From Cyanophora paradoxa CCMP329 (Eukaryota > Plantae > Glaucophyta), in contig QPMI01000526.1 in NCBI GenBank assembly GCA_004431415.1, positions 62,001-126,000 on the forward strand: 64,000 nucleotides of DNA, written 5' to 3'. A program made the position numbers and the translations under genes. Position 1 is the first letter of the stretch. The number at the start of each line of letters is the position of its first letter. Positions 10,073 through 21,200 of this stretch are shown here, in pieces. Under the pieces are notes generated by a model. The model had not been told where the DNA came from. It was given only the letters and a program-made list of their open reading frames with translations, and made no database searches.

Positions 10073-11525
10073 GAAGGACCGGGGGGTACCTCGACTGTGA
10101 AGGCGGTCTGGAACACTCCCCCCCGGGCCAGGCTGGCAAGCTCCGCGTCTCCACCCCCCGCGGGAGGGGTACCGGCCTCGGCGTGCCTCGCCCCAATAAG
10201 CGCCTGCGAGCCGTGATGGGGGGAGCGCGGGGCGGGAGGGGGGTACAGGGGCCCACATCGCGCTGGCGGACGAATGCGGTGAGGAGCGAAAGGACCGAAG
10301 CGATCGCCATGACCAGGCTGGCCTGGGGGGTGCACTTCCGTCAGCGCGAGAGCAGAAGCGCCGGGGGGGGAGAGGGGAGGGGGAGTACGGGCGAACCTCG
10401 AAGGTGGCGTCGGCCCGGAAAGCGGTCGTGCTGGAGAAGAATTTGAGGGGTACAAAGATCACGACCAGGGCCGCGTCAAGGGCGACCTGGGGAGTTGGGG
10501 GGGGGGGGGGAGGGGGGAAACAAGAGATCGGAACGACGACGAGGGGCCTACAAGGGTGGGCGGCGGGGGGGGGGGGTACCAGGGCGGGCCAGGGGGTAGA
10601 CGAAGCCACGCCCAGCGCCCATAGAACAAGCGCCAGGGCCGTCGGGGGAGTAGCCGTGTACCTGGTGCCCCACGCCCATCAGTCGACGCCGGGGGGCGGG
10701 GGCCGGGGGGCCCGGGGGGCGGGGGGGGCACACTCTTCCACCCAGACGGGTACTCGGATCGCGCCCGAGGCGACGAGCAGCATGAAGAGGAGATACACAG
10801 CGGCGTTGGAGGCGGCGGCCGCCGTGTACCACTGCGGCCACGCGCGCCACCGCCGCGACCAGAGGAGGCAGAGGGCAGAAACGACTGCGGCGAGAGGCGG
10901 CGTCGGCTTCAGGCGGGGAGGGGGGGCGGGGGGGGGGGGGGGGAGAAGGGGAGGGGGGGCGGCTCGTGGGCGGGGGCGGAGCGGGGCGGGGCGGCCGCAC
11001 GTATGCTGAGCGCCGTGCGGACGATGAGCGCCGGGTGCCGCTCGACGCTCACGTACTCTACGACGCCCGTGACCAGGTAGTACACGATCGCTGCTCGGTT
11101 AGAGTTAGAAGTTAGAAGAGGCGACGCGGGCGGCGGCCGCGGCGCGGCGCGGCGCGCGCGCGCGCACCCATGCAGAGCGACTGACGCTGGTGCCTCAAGC
11201 GCCGCTCCGCGAGGAGACCCGCCGTCTCGCGGAACGAAGGGCCGGCCGGCTCCTGATCCTGCAGCGGCTCAACCATCTCGAACTCCGTCGTGGCTCGCGT
11301 CGAGGCGCCGCCGCCGCCCCACACGGCCTTGTGCAGGCGCTCGAGGCCAGAAAGCGCTAGCCCCGTCCCGCTCGGGCGCCGGACGAGCGCGCGGGGCGCC
11401 AGCGCGTCCTCATCTTCGTCCGCCGCGACGTGCAGAGGGACGAGCCGCGGGCCGTGGTGGCCATGGGCCGTCAGCGGCTCGCGGCTGTCACGACTGGACG
11501 ACCGCGCAGACTGCGGCGTGAACAT
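9027..11525 (-). CDS. Multi-exon polytopic membrane protein, ~12 TM in two 6-TM blocks
   Basis: Hydrophobic exons joined by GT-AG introns with poly-C tracts: AIVYYLVTGVVEYV, ALSILVSALCLLW, AVYLLFMLLVASG, ALALVLWALGVA, ALDAALVVIFVPL, SLVMAIASVLSLLTAFV, then DEDAFRRWW and a second block ending LVASWHSEGELRDAW. Stop at 9027. Confidence 0.75.
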
Positions 11526-12253
11526 CGCGCGCCGGCCCGGCCGTTTTCTCGCCGCGGCCTCAAGGCGGGCCGCCAGGAGGCGAGGCGAACGCTTAGCAGG
11601 CGCGCCTCGTGCGCCGGCAGCGCATGCTCGAAGTCTGAAACGATGTCGGGGGCTCGAAGTCGCGGAACGGCCGCGCCGACACCTCGCTCCTCGGCGCGCC
11701 GCCTCCGAGGCCAGCGCGCGGCGGGCCTTGCTCGTTGCGTATACAGAAGCTGCCTCGGCTGCAGCTGCGATCAGATGTAGACCAGATGTTCAGACCCAGT
11801 GCCAGAGTGCAGCGCGCGCGCGCGCGAGCCCTGAGCTCGAGCCTCCGGCCGAGAACCTCGCCGAGTCGCACGCGTCTAATCCTACTGCAGCTCCGCCTTG
11901 CCGGCGTTGCCGCGAAGTTGCGTATACGTATGCTGACAAGAAGCGATTGCCAACAATGCCAACTTGCATGCAGCCGTGGCATGCAGCGCAGCCGCTAGCT
12001 CAGCGGCTATACCGGTACCGGTAGGCGGCGGTATACTACGGCGTAGCGCTGCAGGCTGCAGCTGTCACAGTGTCACACTGTGACAGTCACTGAGTGTTCA
12101 GTGTTCACATGGTTCCGGACGTCGACCGTCGGTCCGGCGTCGGACCGACTCGGACGTCGCGTCGTCGTCGACTCGTCGACTCGGCGACGTGGGCCGCGGT
12201 GAGCGCGCGGCGCCGCGGCGGGCCTACGTATACCGTATACTATAGCTAGACCA

Positions 12254-12624
12254 TATTACTGGACTACTGTAGAACGGAAAATATTTACTATACGGTATAT
12301 TTTTACGCGTAAAGTTTTTTAGAGACTTCCGCAAATATTTTCTGTACCGTAAAGTGAGGGGGCGAGGGGGGTACAGGCTCAGACGGCCCTTAGCGCGTGA
12401 ACAAGCATGCCTCCGAGGCGCGGAGCTAAGCGTCAGGCGTCCGACGGTCGCCGCCGTGCCAGGGGGCGGGCGGGCAGGGGCGCGGGGGGCGGGGGGCCTC
12501 CGCTGGCGCCCGCTAAGGGAGGGTTCGGCCGGCACCCGCAAATAATAACAGTACCGTAAAACAGCTATTTTCACAAATCCGCAAATATTTCTGTACCGCA
12601 AATATTACCCGAAGTCCAGTAATA
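12254..12624. mobile_element. MITE-like element, TA-bounded (Tc1/mariner-type)
   Basis: Inverted ends TATTACTGGACT (12254-12265) / AGTCCAGTAATA (12613-12624). Internal repeats CCGCAAATATTT(T)CTGTACCG. AT-rich arms around a GC-rich core. Confidence 0.6.
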
Positions 12625-13570
12625 CTGGTACGTAGCCTCGAGCTCGCCGAGTCGGAGTCCACTGAGTCCAGGACCGGCACGTGCACCGTACGCGTGGCCA
12701 TGGGCCGTGGCCCGTGGCACTGGCACCGTGGCACGTCGAGTCGTCGACGTCGGTCCGGGTCCTGGACTCCGGCCCGGGCCTGGCACGGTCACCGGCCCAC
12801 CGGGTGGCACACTGGCACCACCGTCCGACGACGGTCCTGCACAGGCTGCACGCGACCGGCTCGACAGCCTCGACTCGGCGAGCCGGCGAGCTCACGCCGC
12901 CGGCGCCGGCCCGGCGCGGCGGCGCCGCCGCGCCGGGCCGTCATGATCTGGCGCCGGCGGCGCGGCGCAGGCATTCGATCCTTTTTTTGGAGGGGGGGGT
13001 ACGTGTTCTCCACGCGAGCAGCAGACTGGCAGGCTGTGGAGCCTGTGGTCCTGTGGAAGCAGTGCAGACTGTGCAGGGCCACTGCAGTCTGCAGGCAACA
13101 TCATGCCAACATGTACAGTGCAACACTGCAACTTGCTCAATTGACGTCAAGCCCTTGAAAATGCAAAAAGACGAAATAACGCCCGCGTACCCGGCAACCA
13201 CAAATAATCGCAAATTCGAGCAGCATTGAGAACATTTTGAAATCATTTTCAATTAAAGGCGTTTGTTTTTCAAAGGATGTGTTCACAGATTTAATGTTAT
13301 AGAGCAATTTGAGAATTGAGCAAGATCAGTTTTTGTTTTAAATAAAATTTGCTTTCACACGACAAAAAAGACCCTGACAGAACCAATCAGGTTTCGGTCA
13401 GTGCCCAAGTGAGTCCGATGAAGTAACTGTGAGTCTGTGACTCAGTGAGTCTGTGACCCATGCAAGTCACCCAATGTTGAGTCATTGTTGACAAAGTTGA
13501 CATTGAAAACTTGACAAACTTTGAAACTGACCCAATGCTGCAAATCCTGCAATGCAATTTGATGAACCAT

Positions 13571-13681
13571 TGATGCTAATTTGATGCCAATGCTGACTCA
13601 TTGCTGAGTCATTGCTGACCCACTGATGCTAATTTGATGCCAATGCTGACTCATTGCTGAGTCATTGCTGACCCACTGATG
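13571..13681. repeat. 53-bp tandem repeat (x2) inside a CpG-free patch
   Basis: TGATGCTAATTTGATGCCAATGCTGACTCATTGCTGAGTCATTGCTGACCCAC starts at 13571 and again at 13624. Confidence 0.9.
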
Positions 13682-13772
13682 GACCATTCATCATTGATGC
13701 CAATTTGATGGTCCAAACTTGAAATATAAATCATGGCATGCGAGAAAGAGAGCCTATATATAGCCTATAATA

Positions 13773-13920
13773 TAGGTAACGGACCAGTAACGGTCCTATA
13801 TAATACCGTTTAAAAACGGACCCTACGCCGGGCCTACGGTACTGTAACGGTACTATTATTTAAACGGTAGGCGTCGGTAGCTAAACTTGCCTAATAAACG
13901 GTGCTAAACCGTTGAACCTA
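13773..13920. mobile_element. Possible small MITE relic with AACGG/CCGTT subterminal repeats
   Basis: Imperfect inverted ends TAGGTAACGG / CCGTTGAACCTA and many AACGG motifs. No TSD found. Confidence 0.35.
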
Positions 13921-14116
13921 CCGGTACAAATCATGCGAGGACGACATCCTAGCCTCTCCCCCCGCAGGCTGCAGCTGCATACGCAGGCTCCCGGAGTCCC
14001 GCATGCGCAGCACACAATTCCGAGTTCCGATCCGAATTCGAAGCTCTGCCGCAGTGCGATTATTCTGGGAATCTATATATAGGCTATAATATAGCTAGCT
14101 GGGGCCATTTCAACTT

Positions 14117-14791
14117 GCGTTCTCCGTCTTGTAGTTTAGTTCGGTCTGGTTCGGTCTCTGATCGTAGTGTTGATGCTAGAGCTAGTTTCTGCACTCGCTA
14201 TAGTCCTCGTGCTCGACCTGTCGTTCGCCGTCGTTTACGTATACAGTTCGACTGCCCGCCTCGACCCCGGCCGGCTTTAGTAATTCCTTTGACTGTCCTT
14301 TTGCCTGCTCTTGATCCGCCTGCTCCGCCTTCTGTGTCCTCTTCGAACTCGTGCCGTAGCTCTGCCTCAGGGCCTTTCCGCATCGCCCTGCTTCGCCTCA
14401 GCCTCCACGTCGTCTTGTTGTTCCTCTTACCTGTCTGCTTCCTGTGATTTATCTTTCTCAATTTTGTCCTCCGCTTGTCAACGTTAGTGATATCGATGTG
14501 GTTCCCTCCGATTTTAATGGTATTTCGAATTCTAGCTCTAGCTCTTCTTCGTGTTTGTCATCTTCTGTCTCTAGCTTTAGATCTGATCGGTCTGGTTTAC
14601 TTCTCGTCTCTTCTCGATCTGTCTCGAGCTCTGTGTCTTTCCTTGTTTATTGTCGATTTTGGCTCTTTGTCTTGTCTTTTTTTTTTTGTCCTCTTGTCTT
14701 AGCTCCTTAGCTTTTTGTCCCTGTGCCCCCTGGGCAGCCCCCGCAGTGCTGGTGTCTAGAGACTGTGGCCGGTAATTCACCAAAAAACAAA
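14117..14791 (+). mobile_element. Non-coding A-tailed retroelement (SINE-like or truncated LINE 3' end) with 10-bp TSD
   Basis: ATTTCAACTT at 14107-14116 and 14792-14801. Ends GTGGCCGGTAATTCACCAAAAAACAAA. Second copy at 1112-1755. Confidence 0.75.
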
Positions 14792-15094
14792 ATTTCAACT
14801 TAATTATAACCTCGCTCGGATTTGAGAAACCTTGATATCGATCATGAGCAAACGTGCCTCTTCGACTGCGAAAAGAAAAGTATTTCTATGTCTCGAAGAA
14901 TACGAATTCGAAGAATCGATTTCTAGCTTGAGTCAAAATTAAGGGCCCATTTGGCCAATTGGGCTCGCGATCGCGATCGATATCATTGGATCGCATGCGG
15001 CATCGCACTCGACCTGCACATGAAACCCGCCTGCAGCTGCTCAGCGGCTCATCTTTCAAGGCCAAGTACTCCGGCGTCCGCCCCCCCCCCCTTC

Positions 15095-15125
<31 letters not shown>

Positions 15126-15459
15126 GTGCACACACCCTCAGGGCTCCCCCCCACACCCGGCCGCGGCTCCCCCCCTCCGGATCCCCTTGCTCGCACGCGT
15201 GCTGCTGAGTCGTGCACATGTGTTAATTAATTTTCTGTATTTGTACAAGCGAGTCCCTGCGGAGCAGGAGTGGCCTTGGGTCTTGGGGCTTCAAGGCGTG
15301 AGGGTGGCAGCTCTTTGTTTTTAAACGGGGGACCGCAACCGCGCGCGGTTACGGGGGAGGGGGGAGGAGACTCGGCAAGGGTACACACTCAAGTAAAGAG
15401 GGTACAGAATTGTGCCGCAAGGGTACAGAGATCGATGCGGGGCCCAATCGGCCGCAGTA

Positions 15460-16051
15460 CTAGTTGTACCGAGTACGTACAGGCGCCGATGGGTCCATTG
15501 GTCGGGCCTATTTTTCGGCGCTTTTTGAAGGTGGTTTATAATTATCTATGAATCATTTGAATGTAATTCGAAGTAATAAGGCTCTGTCTAAATTAGTTAT
15601 TTTAATTATCTTTCAATCAACACATCAAATGCTTTTATATCCCACATCGTGGCACACTACGACCCTGTCTCATACAAATTTGCAGGCCGACATCGTGGCG
15701 CTCCGTTAATTTGGACACTATTTTCTAGCGAATGGGGTGCGGTCTCTTGAAATTAATAATTTTCAAAATTCGACTTGGATGACCAATGTGATTTACGCTT
15801 TCAATTTTTTTCCGGGAAAATGCTTTTCGACGCTTCTCGACGTGCTGTTACTGCCCATTAGAGGCCTCTCATAGGAAAACCGCCTCGGCCATCGTGCTCC
15901 CCAGGGTCGAAAACGGGTACCTAGGTCCAAAAATTTTGGCCTGAATCGCATTTTGAATCCACGGACAGGACAGGCACAGACCTAAGGGCCTCTCCTTTCC
16001 CCAAGGCCGATTGCTAGATCTATATCGATATCTAGATCTAGACTTTTTAGA
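15460..16051 (-). mobile_element. Non-autonomous Helitron-like element
   Basis: Minus-strand 3' end: hairpin CCTGTACGTACTCGG followed by TACAA-CTAG|T at 15460. Candidate 5' ends A|TC at 16051, 16036 or 16018, followed by a GTCTGTGCCTGTCCTGTCC tract. AT-rich non-coding body. Confidence 0.5.
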
Positions 16052-16469
16052 TCGACCGCTGTATACGTCCGCAAAATCGACTTCGGAGACCTAGTGCGGC
16101 TCGAGCTCCGGCGACCGAGGCCAGCCCCAGGGCCCACCGGCCCGAGACCCGCAGGCGCGCCCCCAGCGGCGCGAGGAGGGCGTACCCCCCCAGGAGCTCC
16201 CCCCGCGGCTCGTGCAGGACGCGAAGGTCGACGCGGCAGGAGGGTACAGCTCCAGAAGGGCGGCAGCGAGGGCCGGGGAGGGCGGGGAGCGGAGGCTTTC
16301 ATTCAGGGAAAGGAGAAGCTGGAAGTATAAGCTTATGAGCTGTCATTATAAGCCGTGCAAGAAATAAAATAAGCCCCCCCCCCCCCCCCCCCCCCCCCCC
16401 CCGCAGCCCTCCGAGCCGCTGAGCCCAGCCCCGGGCCATGCCAGCCTCACCGACGGAAATGTCGCCCAG

Positions 16470-16499
<30 letters not shown>

Positions 16500-16503
<4 letters not shown>

Positions 16504-18047
16504 CGGCCGCCGAGGGCCGCAAGGGCGTCCCCGGGGCCCCCAGGCCCGCTGCAACGCCGGAGCCCGCGTCCACAGCCTGCCAAGGCGAGTGAGGCGAGTG
16601 ATGCTACGAAGAGCTGGGGGCGGAGGGAGTGAGAGCAGGGGTTAGAGATCGAGATATATATATACGCGTAAGGCTGAAAGCGATGAATGAAGCTAAATAC
16701 GTGGGGCTCGGGGGCGGGACGGGCACGCTTGAGGGACCGGCAAGGCGGGCGGCCGAGCTTGGCGTGAGCTGCCAGGGCCGGGGGGTACGTCTGAGTCTGA
16801 GAGGGGGGGTGGAAGGGCGGTGGACGGGTGGTACGTCGATGTCGCGCTCGACGGAGAAGCCGCTCGAGGCTGGGGAGGCCGGACAGGGTACGGGAAAGCG
16901 AGGGGAATACGGGGGCCTCGCCGTCCAGCTGCAGCTCCCTGCGGTACCCCCGAGGGGTTAGGGGAGGGGGGGGGGACGAGAGCGAAGAAAACTCTATCTC
17001 GGGGGTACGGGCGGGCTCACACGACACGGAGGGAGCAGAGGGACCGGCCGGCGGGGCCCGCGGCGATCTCTCCGACCGCGTGTGAGAGCTCTGGCTCCCC
17101 TCGTCCAGCGCCTGGGGGTACCGTATCAGGAGGAACCCGTACCCCTCAGCCCTCGCAAACCCCGGAGCCGGGTACCCAGACGCGCACCTCGCGGAGGTAG
17201 AGCTTCCGGAGGGGTAGATCCGCGAGCGCGGAGACCGCGTACCCGTCGAGACCGTCATCCTGCGGCGCCGGGCCGGAACTGAATCCGACACGGATGGAAT
17301 GGCAGGGTGGGGGGTACAAGGCGAACCCGAGGGAACGGAGCTCGGGGCAGGCGGAGGCGATCGCTGCGCCGACGGGACCGTCGGAGATGACGTACCCCAG
17401 GGGCAGGGTGAGCTGCGCGCACGGATCGAAATCGAATTCGATCGAATCGATATCAGCGGGCGGCTCGCCTTTTGAAGCCTGCAGGTCCTTGGCGCTGGGG
17501 CGGCACCACTGCTCGCCGCTAAGGCGCCCCTCCTCGCCCACAGCGACCTCTAGCTCCTCCACAGAGTGGCTCCGCCGCCGACGCCGGCGCCCGCGAGCGC
17601 AGGACCCGCGAGCGCCCCCAGAACTGCTTCTAAGAGGCTGCCAATGTACACGTCGTCCAGGCCCATCGTCATCGCTCGTCGAGACGCGCACGCGGCGCGG
17701 GGCGCAGGCGACCGTGGCCGCGCGAAGGAGCTCCGCCGCGGCCGAGCTGATCGACAGCAGCTCAATCGACAGCTTCGCTCCGGGTTTGAGCCGGAACGCA
17801 GCGGTTTCGGAGTCAGGCCGCCGGAGAAGCTCCGTGAGCCGCCGCACCGCGCCCGCGCCCGACGCGGCGAGATCAAGCCGACCACAGGCGATGCTGAGCG
17901 TGACGCGCCGCAGCCTACGAGATGCGGCGGAGGCGATCCAGGCGTCCGCCGGCCGCAGCTGCTCGAGCACAATGGCGAGCACCGCGTCCGGCGGCACTCG
18001 AGCCCGCTGCCGTGCGCTTCCGCCTCCGATCGCATCCGCTTGCTCAT
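16500..18047 (-). pseudogene. F-box / leucine-rich-repeat gene with multiple frameshifts (3' end approximate)
   Basis: ATG at 18047 reads MSKRMRSEAEAHGSGLEC, then needs +1 nt to enter (L)PDAVLAIVLEQLRPADAWIASAASRRLRRV (F-box). LRR-like pieces SVEELEV, ACPELRSLGF, LADLPLRKLYL and LSGLPSLERL are scattered over different frames. Confidence 0.7.
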
Positions 18048-18253
18048 CGACTTGCCAAGCTTAAGTTGAGCTCCGGCTGGAGCCAAGTTCGCCAGCGCCC
18101 TGTACCCGGCCGCGGGAGCGGCAACTTGGCGAACTCGCGCGCTGCTTCTCCCTCGCGCTCGAACGTCATTTCCGGGCGGTGCGCTAAGGCCACACATGCG
18201 TGCGGGGCACGCGTACGTGCAGCTCACTGCCCTGCTTGCGCTGCGCAGGTCGA

Positions 18254-21200
18254 ATGGAGCTCATGAGCGTCGCGAAGGCGCCGGAGCAGCCCAGCGCATC
18301 CAGCGGCGATGCATGCAAGGGGGATGCCGTTCCGAAGCTTTCGCTGGCGCAGCCGAAGCCGATCGGGAGCGCGAAGCCGAAATTGAACATGATCCCGCCG
18401 CCGCGGAGGCCTGCAGCTGCAGCTGGCGTGGAGAAGAAGATGCGCGACAGGAAGCGCAAGCGAAGTGAGAAGGAGAAGAAGAAGGGCAAAAAGAAGGGCA
18501 AGGGCTCGCGCAAGAAGAAGAAGAAGATCACCCGCGGCCGCGGCAGGAAGGGGCCGCTCGACGATGCCAGCAAGTACCGCCGCCGCCTCCGCGTCTCCAC
18601 GCAGGCTGTCGGCGACAAATCGAGGAAGAAGCGCGTCCCGAAGCCCGAGATCCAAGTCCGCTGCGAGATTGCGCGTTTAAATCCGTTTTCGCGCGCTAAT
18701 GTCAATCTCACGCGCAGGTCAAGCCGACCGCCTCCTCGCTGCTTCCGGACGCGGTGGACGCGTATCGCGTGCTCGCGGCGCACGAGGAGAGGGTCGAGTC
18801 GAGCGCGCGCCTCGCCCAACTTCTCGTCGAGGGCCGGGACGCGCAGCACGCGCACGGCGACCTCGAGTTCGCCTGGTCGAACGAGGGTGCGCATGCGCAT
18901 GCGGCGCTTCTTGCTTTTCTCGCTGGTCGCCGCTCCTGACTTCAGCGAAGACTGCGTCATTCGATACACTCTGCTCCCCGGCCCTGGCGCCCTCCGCGTT
19001 CCGTGCGTTCTTTCTGCTTCTTTTTGCGACTAATGTTGCTCGTACTAGCATATATAAATTAATTTATAATTATGTGTGATCACGAGCTCGGCTTGACGCC
19101 CGCTCAGAACCGGCGAGCCCTGCGCCTGCGTTGGAAACGACGCAGAGGCGGAGCCATGTCCGGCATGCCTGGCCGGGACCTGCGCCGCCTGGTCAGAGCG
19201 CACCCGCCTCGACCCGCAAAAGCGGATGCTCACGCGCGCGTTTCGCAGCCGCTGCGTCGTTCGGCTCTCGGCGGAGCCAGATGCGGCTCAGGCGGCGGAT
19301 TCGTCTTCCGTGGAGCCCTCGTGGCGCCGCACGCGCGCGCGCGCCGTCGCCGCGGAGGCCGACGCCGCCGCCTCGCCCGAGAAGTGCCCCGTCCTCGAGG
19401 AGGCGCGCGCGATTTCGGAATTTGATCCGGATCAAATCTGACCTGATTTGATCCGGATCTTCTTCGCAGCGTTTCGCGGTGCTGGAGCAGCGCGTCCTGC
19501 GCCTCGAGGACCTGGCCGTCCTTCTGGACGCCCACCCCGTCTCCTTACTCCCGCCCGCCTCCGAATCCGCCCTCGCTCCGCGGCCGTCCGCTTCCTCCTC
19601 CACCGCCGCGGCCGGCCGCCGGAAGCAGGCGCTGGCGCCGCGCGCCGATCCGCCGCCGGCTCTCCCCGAGCCGGTTTCCACGCTGGAAGACCTGCTGGTC
19701 CGCATGGACCGCCGCGGGCTCTTCGCCATCGACCTGACCGGCGGCTCCCGCCTCCACGTCGAGCTCCGACCCTCCCCGACTCGGACCCTCGTCGTACCGG
19801 GGCCCCACGGCCCCGCCGCGTGCTGCTGCGCCGCCGAAAACGCCTCAGCGAAGTCGAGTGCGGAGCCGCCGGCGCCGGCCTCGCGATCGGGCGCAGCGGA
19901 CCAGAAGCCGGACTCGAAGCAGGCGGCAGAGCGCGATCGCGAGCGGAAGCGGCGGGAGCGGACCGCGTACCCCTCCACCGGGCAGCCCTGCGACGTGCGC
20001 CCGCCCCTTCCCTGCGACGCTGCCGCTTCATCTAAGCGAGCACTCGCGATGGCAGATGTGCGCCCTGGGCGTCTGCGGCCGCTGCGACTGCCGCGTGGCC
20101 CTCCAGTGCCCCGAGCGGACCGAGCACGACCTCCTCGTCCACGCCCGCTTCGTCTCGCCCCTCTCCGCCCGCCTCGTCGCCCTCGCCGACCTCTCCGCCG
20201 CCGTGGACGCCCGCCTCGCCCAAGGACCGGTCCTCCACGGGCGACCGTTCCTCGGGCGCGAGCGGCCGTCCCTCTTCTGCCGCCGCGCCCCGGGCCCGCC
20301 CGCGGCCGGCGCCGGCGGCGCCGCCGGCGAGTTCGAATGCGACGTATTCGCTGCGCGGGAGGCGCCGCTCGTGCCGGCGCCCCCGCCCAACCTCGAGAAG
20401 GCCCTCAGGCGCTCGCGAGCCGAGCGCCGCGTCGAGCGGCGGCGCCTGCGAAAGGAGCGGGCGGCGGAGGTGGAGCGGGCGCGGAACTTCGCGAATCGGA
20501 CCCGCGAAGAAATCCGAGAGGCGCGCGCGCGCGAATCGCTATCTAACGTTATTTAGAATTTCCGGTTGCTCTTGATCTAAGATTTGATCTCGCTGGGCAG
20601 ATGATCAAGGCGCACGAAGGGTACAAGGCGACGAAGGCGCGCTTCTGCTCCAGGCCCGGCTCCAGCAAGCCGCGGGCGCCGGGCGACCTGCGCAAGCCCG
20701 AGATGATGCGCTGGGCCGAGCACCTCGGGATCTGGCGGACGCGCCTGCTGACCAGGGCGGAGCGGTCGGCCGCGTGGCGCAAGGCCGGGGTCGACAAGGA
20801 GCCCCTGCCGCCCCTGCCGCCCCTTCCGCCCCCGGAGGCTTCAGCCGCAGTTGCGAAGAAGGCGCCGTCGACGCCGGCCGTTGCGGGCGCGGACCCGGAC
20901 GGCGGCGAGCCCGGCACGGCGGCGGCGAAGAAGCGGACGAAGACTCCTTCCCCTGCAGCGTCGGCCGCGGGCGAGGGCGAGGGCGAGGGGACGACGACGC
21001 GGGCGCGGCGGGCCGCAGCGATCGCCGCCGCTGACGCGATCGGGGGCGGAGGCCTAGGCAAGCGGGCGTCGCCCGCAGCGGCTGCTGCGGCGCCGGCCTC
21101 GGCATATGCATCCGAAGACGAGGAGGACGAGGAGGACGACGACGAGGAGGACGGGCGGGCCCCGCCGCGGCGGCGCTCGCCGCGCCTGTCCACGACGAAG

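Noticed and set aside
14844-16330. Plus-strand gene (MSKRASSTAKRK, LLSGSSFKAKYSG, ...GKEKLEV*)
   Set aside because: Isolated exon-like fragments with no coherent model or recognisable domain, interrupted by TE-like DNA.
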